A DNA stretch of 62,962 nt, counting the filler, from Asterionella formosa (lineage: Eukaryota), in NCBI GenBank assembly GCA_002256025.1. It is 25 parts of 25 records of this genome, joined end to end, with 100 filler letters (N's around TTAATTAATTAA, not from the genome) between each part and the next. Parts side by side here need not be neighbours in the genome. Positions count along the whole stretch, not along the records: positions 6,399 to 31,073 come from NKIB01002188.1; 24 more parts are not named here. The stretch is one strand, 5' to 3'. The notes below the pieces were generated by a model that ran no database searches, was not told where the DNA came from, and saw nothing but the letters and a program-made list of their open reading frames with translations. Of the stretch, positions 12,349 to 23,197 are shown piece by piece; position 1 is the first letter of the stretch, and each line of letters opens with the position of its first letter. Made by a program: the position numbers and the translations under genes.

Positions 12349-15168
12349 TTACTTCTTCTTCTTACTCTTGATCTTTCGCTCCTCCGCGGCTTCTTTTAGC
12401 TTAGAATGCAACGCGTTCTTCTTTCTTGGATCACCTGTTGGTTCGGCTACTTTCGGTTTAGATATCAAGATTCCATTCACAATGGTCCTATATGACCCCG
12501 TTCCCTCGAATTTGCGACCATGGGAGGTTTGCACTTTTTCTATTTGTGTATCAAGAAAGGCCATATCGTCGAGATTATCGGGAATGCAGGAAGTAGAAGG
12601 TTGTACGACACTGCCGCCCAGCTTTTGACTGCTCTTGTTCTTCTTCACGTTAGCAATGGGTTTTGTGGGCTTCGCTAGCTTACAACGAAGACGCTCTTGA
12701 CGTTCATTGGCAAGATCAGCAAGGAGTTGGTTCGGGATAGGGAGAGCTTGTGGCGTGAGCTCTGGATCAACAACACTAATTTCATCTTCGTCGGACGACT
12801 CATCTATAAAGGCAGAAAACGAGATATCTTGCTTCGTTGGCATTCTGTCCATGGGAGTAATTTCATGATTTAACATCACTTCTGGCAAGGCCACTTCTTT
12901 TTGAATTTGAAGAACAATTTGCCGGTCTACTCCATCAATCCCTACACTCGCATGCCCTAATCCAACTTGTGTTGCGAATTCATGTACCACCATGCGATCG
13001 AAGCTTGTTAAGGACGGACTGAGTTTCATTTCGTCTTCGTTCTTGCCAGTTTCTGCGAATTTCGAAATTCGATCAAGTAGCAGCTTACGGCGGTCATCAA
13101 TGGATTGCTTCTTTGGTGCATCAATTTGATTGACAATTTTTGCGGTTTCCATCATCTTCATAAGCTCATGCTCGGCACAAACAAAATCCTCTTCTTGAAA
13201 CTCCATGGCAGACCTATGCTCTCCACATTGGTCGATCCAGTCAATCAATCCAGCTATAAATTTGCTCATGGATACTGTCTCCACGTCACAGACAACACAG
13301 ACGTGCCGTTTGGCTCTGGTGACTGCCACGTTTAACCGACGGTCGTCTTTTAAGAACCCAATCTCATGTGAACTCGAAGATCTGACCAACGACAAGACAA
13401 CTGCTTCACGTTCGCCGCCTTGAAAGCCGTCCACAGATTTTATTTCCAATTTGGGATAGTTCGAGAGGAGTAAGTTCTTGAGCAATTCAACTTGACCATT
13501 GTATGGAGAAATAATAGCAATGTCTTGTTGTGGGAGCCCCATTGCTACCAACTCCACCACGTGCTGAACCACCAATTGAGCTTCACCTTCATTATACCTG
13601 GACCCTGCTGCATTTGTCGACTCTGACAAGTCGCATGCAGCTGTATCAATTAAAAGCATTGTAGGTTGATCACCAGTGACTTTGTCCAACTCATGCAATT
13701 TTCGGGTGGCGACACCAGCAAATGTTGTTAAACGATTTTGATACATACTTGAACTCGCCCAATCTGAAATGCTTTGGTGCATGCGATATTGAACCTGAAG
13801 TAGGCGAGAAACTTGGTCTGGATGTTTCACATACAGTTCCATTATTCGCTCAAACAAAGTGACACCAAGTTCTTGTTCCACGGTATGATTCTTGATCGTA
13901 GGTGGCAACTGACAATGATCTCCTGCCAAACACAGTCGCCTCCCTTTCATGATTGGAATCCAGCAAGATGCCTCCAACGCCTGAGCCGCCTCATCAATAA
14001 TGACCAAATCAAAGTTTTCTTCACGAAGCATGTGACTAGCGGCACCAACATTTGTGCATAAAACGACTTGGGAATTCGATATTAATTGCTTGACGACTTG
14101 CTCTTCCCTTGTCCGGATTTCTTTTCTTAGTCCTTTTATTTCCTTATAAGCCGCTTTCTTTTCAGAAAATCTTCCTTTAGGATTGTTGGCTATGCGCAGA
14201 TATGATTGGAGTTCTTTTCTGACATCTTGGACGATTTCGGTACCGTCTTGGCATTGAACCAGTGATTCGAGAGAAAAGTGTAGAATGCTTGGCTTTAGTC
14301 GGGCGGGATGGCCCAATCGCACCATCCGGAGTTTCGTATGTTTCCTGGATTTAGATTTTCTTCTTTTTTTGTCATTATTTTGTTGTTTTAGTGACTGCAT
14401 ACTGACTAAGCGTTCCAGCACATTATCAATGGCAACATTACTTGGAGCAGTCACCAAGACTCGCCACTTGTAAATTGTAATGGCTTGGTAGATTAATTCA
14501 GCCAAGGTTGTCGTCTTCCCAGTCCCCGGTGGGCCATGAATAAGTGAAACCGTTGAGGATAGGGCAAACGAAATGGCCTCAATTTGAGAGCTATCGAGGT
14601 TGGAATTGAGGGGAGTTATTTGGGGTGGTGTAGGGTAAGCAATCATTTCCTTTTGAAAGCACCTAGTGATTACTTTTCCCGAAATAGCATCATTGACTCC
14701 TTGTTTCTCCAGATTTTCCAAGGCTTTATTAAGTTTGTTGTGTACATCCACAGATGATCGTGGTACGACAGAAAGTGGTCCATCTAGGCCTTCGTCATCA
14801 GTGTCCTTATTACTCTCGGACATTGCAATCTCCATATATGTTTCTGTGACTGTACAAATCACCCCGCCTCGTTTCGAATCGCAACTCTTTTGCAATATTT
14901 CGACATCATCTCCCACTTTTAGCTTGTGCGAGGGCAACAATTTTTCTGGATCCTCAATGTTCCCCAATTGAAGCACGGTTCGTCCGTACAGGCCCACTGC
15001 AATATTAAGGATCTGAACGTTCCGTAGAATGCTAGACGAGTTCCTTTCTCCTGCAGCTAGATTAGCTTCGTTAGTTTCTGCTTTTAGTTCGAGCGCAAGA
15101 AGCTCCTTTTGGCGAGCAACAAAGGCGTGAATGGTGGAGCCAATGTCGCCATGGTCATTGGTCGTCAT
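12349..15168 (-). CDS. IGHMBP2: SF1 (UPF1-like) helicase SMUBP-2/IGHMBP2/Hcs1 with R3H domain
   Basis: GPPGTGKT, APSNVAIDN, VRLGHPAR, IIDEAAQALE, GDHCQLPPT, QYRM, SVDGFQGGERE, RRLNVAVTRA; R3H-like SFDRMVVHEFA. Confidence 0.92.
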   Translation of the reverse strand: MTTNDHGDIGSTIHAFVARQKELLALELKAETNEANLAAGERNSSSILRNVQILNIAVGLYGRTVLQLGNIEDPEKLLPSHKLKVGDDVEILQKSCDSKRGGVICTVTETYMEIAMSESNKDTDDEGLDGPLSVVPRSSVDVHNKLNKALENLEKQGVNDAISGKVITRCFQKEMIAYPTPPQITPLNSNLDSSQIEAISFALSSTVSLIHGPPGTGKTTTLAELIYQAITIYKWRVLVTAPSNVAIDNVLERLVSMQSLKQQNNDKKRRKSKSRKHTKLRMVRLGHPARLKPSILHFSLESLVQCQDGTEIVQDVRKELQSYLRIANNPKGRFSEKKAAYKEIKGLRKEIRTREEQVVKQLISNSQVVLCTNVGAASHMLREENFDLVIIDEAAQALEASCWIPIMKGRRLCLAGDHCQLPPTIKNHTVEQELGVTLFERIMELYVKHPDQVSRLLQVQYRMHQSISDWASSSMYQNRLTTFAGVATRKLHELDKVTGDQPTMLLIDTAACDLSESTNAAGSRYNEGEAQLVVQHVVELVAMGLPQQDIAIISPYNGQVELLKNLLLSNYPKLEIKSVDGFQGGEREAVVLSLVRSSSSHEIGFLKDDRRLNVAVTRAKRHVCVVCDVETVSMSKFIAGLIDWIDQCGEHRSAMEFQEEDFVCAEHELMKMMETAKIVNQIDAPKKQSIDDRRKLLLDRISKFAETGKNEDEMKLSPSLTSFDRMVVHEFATQVGLGHASVGIDGVDRQIVLQIQKEVALPEVMLNHEITPMDRMPTKQDISFSAFIDESSDEDEISVVDPELTPQALPIPNQLLADLANERQERLRCKLAKPTKPIANVKKNKSSQKLGGSVVQPSTSCIPDNLDDMAFLDTQIEKVQTSHGRKFEGTGSYRTIVNGILISKPKVAEPTGDPRKKNALHSKLKEAAEERKIKSKKKK

Positions 15169-15389
15169 GATCGTATGTGTTTAGGCAGGCCATCCTATAT
15201 GGACGAAGAAGATACACCGATAACAGCAATTATTGTTGTGGTCGTCTGATTCTTTTGCTTGGTCTTGTATTGGAGGGACGAAACCCGGAAATCCATGCGT
15301 TTGTACCCCGGCCGAGGAGGACACATCACAAGAAAGTATTTTTTGTTGGATCTTCACAGCACTAAAGGAGATGTTCACATTGGCTCACC

Positions 15390-17282
15390 ATGCGACTCTT
15401 GCGTTCGCTCAAGAGCCGAATGAGGCCTCTCCTGACGAATAGATACCCATTTACCAACCACAGAGTCCCTTACTCTTTTAATCTCAAGAAACAATCCATA
15501 CAAACCAAGCACAGCTCCCAAAACAGAACTGTCTCGACCGCACGACTGTCATCGATCTTTCAATTGCTATCTCATGACGAGTCGACTCTACTTGCAGAAC
15601 AACGAGCCTTGACTGAACGCGCTAAAAATATAGCCAAACAGATACCTGAGGTGGCATCCAACCTGGCAAAAAAATCACTGCTACCGGAAACACCTTTTTC
15701 CGTTGTGATATGTGGGGAATTCAACGCTGGCAAGAGCACACTCCTTAATGCATTGCTGGGAGCTCATGTACTTGATACCGGTCCACTCCCCACCACCGAC
15801 TGTATCACAATCCTGTTACATGGTGAATTGGAGACCGTGGAGAGAAAAACACACGGCAATACACTTTATTACACATCTCCATATATTCCCCCGGATGTCG
15901 TGTTCGTTGATACCCCAGGAACAAATGCCGTGGTCTTGAATCATACACTGACAACACTGGATTTATTACCTTCGGCTGACTTGATTTTATTTTGCACATC
16001 TGCTGACAGGCCCTTCTCTCAGAGTGAGAGAGACCTCCTCCAGCAAATGCAACACTATCGAAAGAGCATTGTCGTTGTTATCAATAAGATGGACATTTTG
16101 GAACAGTCTGGCGGTGATCATGGTGCCATGGCAAAGAAACATGTAGTAGATTTTGTTACGGAACACGCAGCTGACTTGTTAGGAGCCAAACCTGTGGTTC
16201 TTCCTGTCAGTGCGAGGGATGCCCTCTCGTGCAAGGTGAATGGTATGACGGAAACATCCGCCATGTATGTTCGATCCCAATTCAGCGTGTTGGAAGAGTA
16301 CCTGCAGACTCACCTTACTGCAGATACGAAAATTACTTCCAAGCTTTTGTCTCCCATTGGTGTAGTTCAGGGTGTGGTGACTGATTATTTGGAGCTGTTA
16401 CAAAAGCAGCAAAGGGAATTGCAAACGGACATTGCAACATTGAGGTTGTTGCAGTCACAATGTACTTCTTGGAGGACGGAAATGAAGCACGAATTAGATG
16501 CTTTTCGAAAGGATATGTGCCATGTATTGTATCAGGAAGGAAACCGAGCGCAGAAATTCTTGGAACGCGTGTCAATGTTAAATCTATTTCTATGGAGTCT
16601 GACTGATAAGGGCCGATTGGACATTGAATGGACAAAGCTCCAGAGGCCGTTGATGAAGGAATTGGACGAGAGACTCCAAGAAGCGGCAAGGTTAATGAAT
16701 ACTCGAGCACGAGCCCAAGGTCAAGCTGTTGTCGAATACCTGGGAAAACGTCCGGTTATAAAATCCCAATCCCTTGTGGGTAGCGTTTCGGCACGGTGGA
16801 CAGACTCGTCCTTCCAAACCCAATTGGAGTCCGCTGTAGAAGCAGAGGTGGGAGGAGGTACCATGACAACCGGATTAGAATTTTTGCACAATCGAGCTAT
16901 TTTGGCTGCTGCCTGTCAAGTCGTGGCAGTCGCTGGAGGACTGGCAACTGTGATTAGTGAAATGGATCCCGTTATGTGCCTGCCTTTGGTCGCAGCGTTG
17001 TCGGCCTGTGGCGGAGTCGCCATGTACAATGGGAAAGTATCATTCATCAGCCAGCATCGAAAAACATGGAATGATATAAGTAGTGATTTAGATGAAGCTC
17101 TTCGAGTTGTTTCGGACAAGGAGCTGGCCAGTTGCAATACCACCATTATGGACGGGGTCGCGCCATACACCAGATATGTCGAGACCGAAAAACAACGACT
17201 AACGACCTTGACGAAAGAAAGCGAAGATGTTTTGGCAACAGCTCAATCATTACGCAATCGAATAATTAAACTAAGGACATAG
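15390..17282 (+). CDS. Dynamin-superfamily GTPase, FZL/mitofusin/bacterial dynamin-like
   Basis: GEFNAGKST (G1), PTT (G2), DTPG (G3), NKMD (G4), SADRPFS, coiled coils, two C-terminal hydrophobic segments, basic N-terminal presequence. Confidence 0.88.
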   Translation: MRLLRSLKSRMRPLLTNRYPFTNHRVPYSFNLKKQSIQTKHSSQNRTVSTARLSSIFQLLSHDESTLLAEQRALTERAKNIAKQIPEVASNLAKKSLLPETPFSVVICGEFNAGKSTLLNALLGAHVLDTGPLPTTDCITILLHGELETVERKTHGNTLYYTSPYIPPDVVFVDTPGTNAVVLNHTLTTLDLLPSADLILFCTSADRPFSQSERDLLQQMQHYRKSIVVVINKMDILEQSGGDHGAMAKKHVVDFVTEHAADLLGAKPVVLPVSARDALSCKVNGMTETSAMYVRSQFSVLEEYLQTHLTADTKITSKLLSPIGVVQGVVTDYLELLQKQQRELQTDIATLRLLQSQCTSWRTEMKHELDAFRKDMCHVLYQEGNRAQKFLERVSMLNLFLWSLTDKGRLDIEWTKLQRPLMKELDERLQEAARLMNTRARAQGQAVVEYLGKRPVIKSQSLVGSVSARWTDSSFQTQLESAVEAEVGGGTMTTGLEFLHNRAILAAACQVVAVAGGLATVISEMDPVMCLPLVAALSACGGVAMYNGKVSFISQHRKTWNDISSDLDEALRVVSDKELASCNTTIMDGVAPYTRYVETEKQRLTTLTKESEDVLATAQSLRNRIIKLRT

Positions 17283-17601
17283 CTATTATGAAAAAGGTAA
17301 AAGGGCCTCCGACAGGGAGCAAGATATTTTTTTACTTTTCTTCTTGTCTTCATTTCCTCTGCTCTCCATCAGAAAATCAAATTCAATAATTGGCATTGAC
17401 ATTTTCTGGTTACAACAGTAACGGTAGATATCGTTCAAACCAGTGAGTCACTGCTGTTATAAACAACAAGTGCAGCCAAGGGGAAGTGTGGTGGAAGTTG
17501 AGCATGCATGTCGAGAGATCTTTTCCCGTCATTTAACTTAGAATAGACTAATAGTGACCTGAAAGCTTTTGGAAGGTTATCACCTCTACAGTATCATACA
17601 T

Positions 17602-19326
17602 TTATCGTCTCATTTCCTTTGTTTTCAGTTTCTTCGCTCTTCGCCGTTCTCGAAAGAATTCCCCCACGATATCCATGAGAGGTGCCATTTGAAATAAATC
17701 CTCGTCATCATCCAACAAGCTTTTACCCGCGAATTCCACGTATGGACGCTGTACTACCTCTGGTGATGATAATAGCAAAATGTCATCCCAATTCTGAGTT
17801 ACTGAACGACAGCAAATGTCAGGTGATGAAAAGGATTGAAAAGGATGCATGTCAACCAAAAAGCAAGATTGGGCGGTTGTTGGCGAGGCCCATGTCAGTC
17901 CTGGTCCAATTGTAGGGGTTGAATGAAAAGAATGTTCGATTCCAGTGATTTTTCCAAAATGTGGTTCTTCGATCATAGGATTCAAAGAACTGTCCATGTC
18001 ACTTGATTCAACAAGCTGACGAGTCATTTCAGGGCTTATCATTGCCGATTTGGAATGAATAATAGGCTTCCATAGGCATTCCAGCGAAGGATTCTCCATG
18101 AAACAGGTGGAAAGACTAGGTTCTTGTTTGTAATTGAGCTCGCTGACTGGTCCTTTTTCGCGAGCGTATGAAAAGGATTCCATATTGTTATATCGTTGCC
18201 GTAACTCGTACAATTGGCATAAAAATTCTCTTGTGATGTTAACGCCATGATCTACCAACTGCTTGGATCTCTCCGCATGATTCGTGGCAAAACAAATAAT
18301 TACATTGCCTCCAATGAAAAGCAAAATTAACAGCAACTGTTCGGATTGCTTCTGGCGTTTCACTTTTGGTAAGATAGGATTCTCCAATGACGAGAGCGAC
18401 GAACCATCGGTTCCATCGGCTGCTAGTGTCTTCATAGTGATTACATCGTTGCGAATAGGTTGCGTAATTGGCTTTCCCTCCATCAAATGAACGAGCTGAA
18501 CGAGGTAGCTTTCGTTGTTTTGGGTTGTGTGTGGACTTGACATGTCATGGGGCTGTAATTCCGCTTCCTGCACAATGTCATCCTCTAACGGTCGCCTTGG
18601 ACCACTCCATGGAGAACCAGTGGATATCGGAGACAACTGAGGTTCGCATTTGGAATCTCTTTCCGGATAAGAGTCGCTCTTATTGAAAGTTCTCACATTT
18701 GGATGTTGACGACTGGACAGTGGTGACAAATGGCGCCTTGCTAATTCTGCCAGGGCTTGTGCAGCCATTGGATTCTTTGACGATAGCAACGGCAATGGTT
18801 GCTGGTTGATGAGGGTATTTTTGGTGGATGGAAAAGAATTCTGGCCAGATGTCTGCAGAGCCTTTGATACGACGGCTTTCTTGTGCTCTAGTGGTGTTGC
18901 TTGAGGATTGGATGATTTCCTTGTCGCGAACATCTGAGACGAATCATTGTCTCTATTTTGATATACCCGAAGGTCACGGGCGTTTGCTGCGAGAATCGAC
19001 GCCTGGGATATGATTTCCGCAGCAGAGTTTTCATTTTCCGGATGATGAGGTTGCTGTTCTGGCATCAACTTCCTTAATGCAATCAAATCAATTCTTCGCT
19101 GTTCACAGTCCAATTCAATCCTTCGTTCAAGTATAGCATCGTCTCTGACAACATTCCATTTATATCTTCTATTTTGATGCTGCTCTTCAGTTTGCGCCAA
19201 TCTAGTAGCAGCTAGTTGGTGGAGCCGCTGGCTATTGAGGATTGACGGTAGCTCCTCGTCGTCGTCGACGCTGGCCGCTAGCTCCACGTCGGGACCATCG
19301 TGCTGTTGTTGTTGCTGTTGGTTCAT
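17602..19326 (-). CDS. Hypothetical protein, 574 aa, largely disordered, one predicted TM segment
   Basis: Long uninterrupted ORF in gene-dense region; hydrophobic LLLILLFIGGNVIICFA; no recognisable domain. Confidence 0.7.
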   Translation of the reverse strand: MNQQQQQQHDGPDVELAASVDDDEELPSILNSQRLHQLAATRLAQTEEQHQNRRYKWNVVRDDAILERRIELDCEQRRIDLIALRKLMPEQQPHHPENENSAAEIISQASILAANARDLRVYQNRDNDSSQMFATRKSSNPQATPLEHKKAVVSKALQTSGQNSFPSTKNTLINQQPLPLLSSKNPMAAQALAELARRHLSPLSSRQHPNVRTFNKSDSYPERDSKCEPQLSPISTGSPWSGPRRPLEDDIVQEAELQPHDMSSPHTTQNNESYLVQLVHLMEGKPITQPIRNDVITMKTLAADGTDGSSLSSLENPILPKVKRQKQSEQLLLILLFIGGNVIICFATNHAERSKQLVDHGVNITREFLCQLYELRQRYNNMESFSYAREKGPVSELNYKQEPSLSTCFMENPSLECLWKPIIHSKSAMISPEMTRQLVESSDMDSSLNPMIEEPHFGKITGIEHSFHSTPTIGPGLTWASPTTAQSCFLVDMHPFQSFSSPDICCRSVTQNWDDILLLSSPEVVQRPYVEFAGKSLLDDDEDLFQMAPLMDIVGEFFRERRRAKKLKTKEMRR

Positions 19327-20009
19327 GGACGCAATGGTTTATCTTGGACTAATCTACGACTGACTGTATAGTACTATGCTGCAAATACGGCAGTCGCAAA
19401 GAAGCAATGCGGCGAGAGTGTATCTTGCAAAAGTAAGCAACGAAATGATCGCGACATTCAAATCAAGGCACCTGTGTCAATTATTGTCGTCATGCATGTT
19501 GTAGTACTGTCTGCCAGGTGCCTGTTACCGGTAGTACTGGTATCGCTGCAAACCGTTTGGATATTTGTACCTGGTACCAGTACCGGTGCGTATGCTCCTA
19601 TGGACTGATAAATAAATACGCACGCACCGGTATCGGATTGCCTACCGGTATGTAGACGAGAGTATTGTTTATAGAAATAATGTATATATGTAGACTACCG
19701 GTATGTGGTGTACTGGTACCGGTAGCATCGTCAACTGGTATTAAATTACCGTTAATTATCATAGCAGTTTCTATCTGGACATATTCTTCCCTACCGGTTT
19801 TGATTAATAGGTATGCAGGGAAATTTTGCTATGATATGCTCATGCATTCAGGAATTGAATATTTATTAACTAACAAGTTTCCGAAGAATGCGATTTTCAA
19901 AGATACTGGGTAGTAAAAAGAAATCTACCCAGTATCATACCGGTAACCGCGGCAAATTCATCATTTTTTCAACGCATCGAATACATTTCTCCAATCATTG
20001 CCCTCGCTC

Positions 20010-21402
20010 ATGGTTCGCATCAACCCCAACAGGAATGGCTCTCTCCGTCGATCTCCATCGAGCCGAGGCTATGCAGGGATCGTCATGAGCCTTGCAGTGG
20101 TTGTGTTATTTCTCTTGGCGTATAAAACGCTGACTATGAGGAGGACCGGCAGTCCCAGTGACAACCTGCCTTCTACCAGTAATGGCGCGACAGTGGCATA
20201 TGCCGTCTCGGTGACTGGATGTGGAAGTGATCCCATCACGGAAGGTGCTGCAGTATTGAAGCATAGTATTCATCAGTCGTCTTCTCGGGCTGGAGTGTCT
20301 AAGTATGACTATCAAATGTATGCCATTGTGCACCCAGATGCTACCGCCTGTGGGTCGCCTTTGAAGGATCTGGGATATCAAGTCTTGATCAGGAAAACTC
20401 CCGTTGATGTAAAAGATATTAAAGGAGATTTCCTTAGAACTCATATTGAGAAGAATGGGTACGTTGATTTCTCCACCTATTGTTATCATTCTAGCGGTTT
20501 CGTTTCGTTGTTTGATTTCGTTCTTTATTGCTTTGTTGGTTTCACTAACACTCATTGACGAGAAATAAAGGTGCTGTGGAGAGAAGGAATTAATCAAACT
20601 CGAAGCATACACTCTCACGAAACATCCTATAGTGGTGCACATGGATCTCGACACGCTCGTATTGAAGCCAATGGATGATATTTTTGATCGGATGATGGGC
20701 CACTCGACGACTGATCCCGCCGGTATCATCAGCCAACGCATGTGGAAGGACGAACCTACGCCCCAAACAATCAATGCGTTTTTCACTCGTGACTACAACA
20801 TGGTCTTGCCCAAAACCAAATACAAACCTGTCCAAGGTGGATTCCTCGTCTTGCGGCCAGACTTGAAGGTATATAATGAATTTGTTGAGATTGTTAGAGA
20901 TGGAGACTTTCGGGACAGCAGTGGTTGGGGCGGAAAGGTGGGACCCTTTTATGGAAGCATGACCTTTCAAGGAATCATTCCATACTATTACGACTTTCTT
21001 AATCCCGGAACTGCCGTGGAATTGAACCGCTGTGTGTATAATCAAATGTGTGACAACCCTAGGGATCAAAAAACAGTAGATAACGTTGTTCATGGAAAAT
21101 GTCGTACGGGCGAAGACGATTGCGAAGATTGTCGGAGACGCGACCTAAAGGACGTTGTCACTGCTCATTTTACTCTGTGTCAAAAACCATGGTGGTGCTT
21201 ACCACAAGATGATGACCGGATTCAAGAATGGTTGTGCAGGAAATTGCATCATGAGTGGTATCGAATAAGGAGTGATTTGGAGAAGTCTTGGGGAAGGAGT
21301 GGTAAAGGGCCTGGGACTTTTCAAATGGATCAGTTTTATGGATACTGCAAAGGCGCCGGAAAGGGGCAGTATATCCCAATTGATCAACCATTTGGGCAGT
21401 AA
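20010..21402 (+). CDS. Glycosyltransferase family 8-like, type II membrane protein, 2 exons
   Basis: Exons 20010-20458 and 20571-21402; intron 20459-20570 is GT..CTAAC..AG and restores NGCCGEKELIKL; DxD in HMDLD, QGGFLVLRP, QG, YN, HFT.CQKPW; N-terminal TM. Confidence 0.88.
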
Positions 21403-21924
21403 TCAAGTCCACAATCAGTAAGAAGAGGTGGTTTTTGTATCCTTTGGTACTGTGATTTGGATACATTATGCCAGACAATGAAACTTCTTAAATGAGTGGT
21501 TGCAGCAAGAGGTGATACCTTGCCATTTTCCGGGCTGTAGGTAGTCTGGTACTGTGATCAGCGAGAGCTTTGGGGGTGAAACGTTTCCTGCAATGTCGCT
21601 ACAGTTCTCCTCCCTTATTACAACAGTTCGACTGCTATAATCATTTGCTGTACTCGTCGTAAATCTTAGACTAAAACCAATGACGATCGAAGAACAAATC
21701 GTGATGGGGCGTAAGTTTTCCGAGAAGGACAAAGATTGGATTGCTACTGGACAATGTAAATGCGAAGACAGGTAAAGGTTCTTCTATTCTTACTTATTTG
21801 GTTCTGCGAAGCTTTCTTAAAACTCTGCGATCCCTTTCTTGCCTTTCCAATTGTTTACTTGAGTATAATCTTTCAATGCATTTTTATTCTAATTCGTGAA
21901 ACACTCAATAGTGCAGTGTTGCTC

Positions 21925-23197
21925 TTAAAAGCAGCCCCCGAGGGGACACTGAGGATCACACCAACTTTCATCCGCTAGCATGTTGGAGTACCAATTCTCT
22001 GAATTTACATTGCAATTTCCAGGTTTGATGTATCTGCATACTTGAATGTTGCAAGTACTTCCTGATCCAAACGTCTTGGATGCCATGCCACAGCCAACGT
22101 ATTTCGTAGCTCTCCATCCAACCTGGGTGAAATGCCCGTTAGCGCCATACGGCCTGCCCATTTCATCTTCAAACCAAGCTTGTAAGACTTCTTCTGGTGT
22201 TCGAGACCGACTGTATAGATAACTACCGTACCCCCAATTGGCCGCAACGTTTTCTGCAGAAGTGGATGAAAGAATGGTGGTCAAGGTCAGCTGAATCTGT
22301 ACAACAAGCTTCTGATATTGCGACGAACGTACCTCCGCCAAATGAATTTCCGTTATACCCATGAACGATAGCGCATTGCGGCGAATAACTCAATAGTTCC
22401 TCGGCATAGGCTTGAGCAGATACGGCTAAAGTATTGGACCATGTCAGTGGGACGAAGGACTTCGATCCAGCTCTATGCAAATACTCTCGTCTGATGTTGT
22501 GTGCCACTACCCAGGATGCAGCCAATCCTGCCAAGTTGTCGTTCACAGGTGCCGGAATAGGTGGTCTTGTTGGAATTTTCGTTAACGCAGCTTTCTTGGT
22601 AGGTCGACTGGTTGAAGCAGGACGAAGTACCGGTCTTTTTGTAGGTCTACGCGTGGGGGTAGACGACCTAACTGGTCGAAGCGTTGGGGCGGGAATTATA
22701 CGACTTGAAACTGGTGGATTCACACCCGCTGCACCGCCCGATACAATATCTGTACTTGTACCAAAAGGAATGAAATCTGGCGATTCGACCGCGTTCACAG
22801 TTGAATAGGTGTAGAGTCCTCCTCCGGTAGTAGTGGAGCCGAAACCGGAACCGCCATCAACTTCGTCCATATTGACAATACCGTTGTTTGGAAATTTCGA
22901 ACTCGCAGCAGACACAGGGGCGTTTGTTGCGACGCCATCATCTTCTACTTTGGCATTCACTGATGAATATGTATAGAGACCATCTCCGGTTGTTTTAGAG
23001 CCAAAGGCCGACCCTCCGACAACTCCGGTCGCATAGTGCACGGAATCTGGCAAAAAGGGCGTGTCGCTGTTTTGAAGGGTTCGCGGAGAAGGAAACAGAT
23101 CTTTGCGGGAAGTGCCTCGGATGGCTCGCAATTGTCCAATGGACGACGCTGGCCATGTCGACAAGAAAGCAAGACAAGCAAAGGAATTGGTCTTCAT
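21925..23197 (-). CDS. Secreted CAP (SCP/PR-1) domain protein with Pro/Thr-rich linker, 2 exons
   Basis: Exons 23197-22333 and 22253-21925 (79-bp GT-AG intron restores GGENVAANWG); HNIRR, LTWS..LA..AQAYA, GHFTQVGWRATKYVGCG, VCRY..PGN; signal peptide. Confidence 0.9.
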
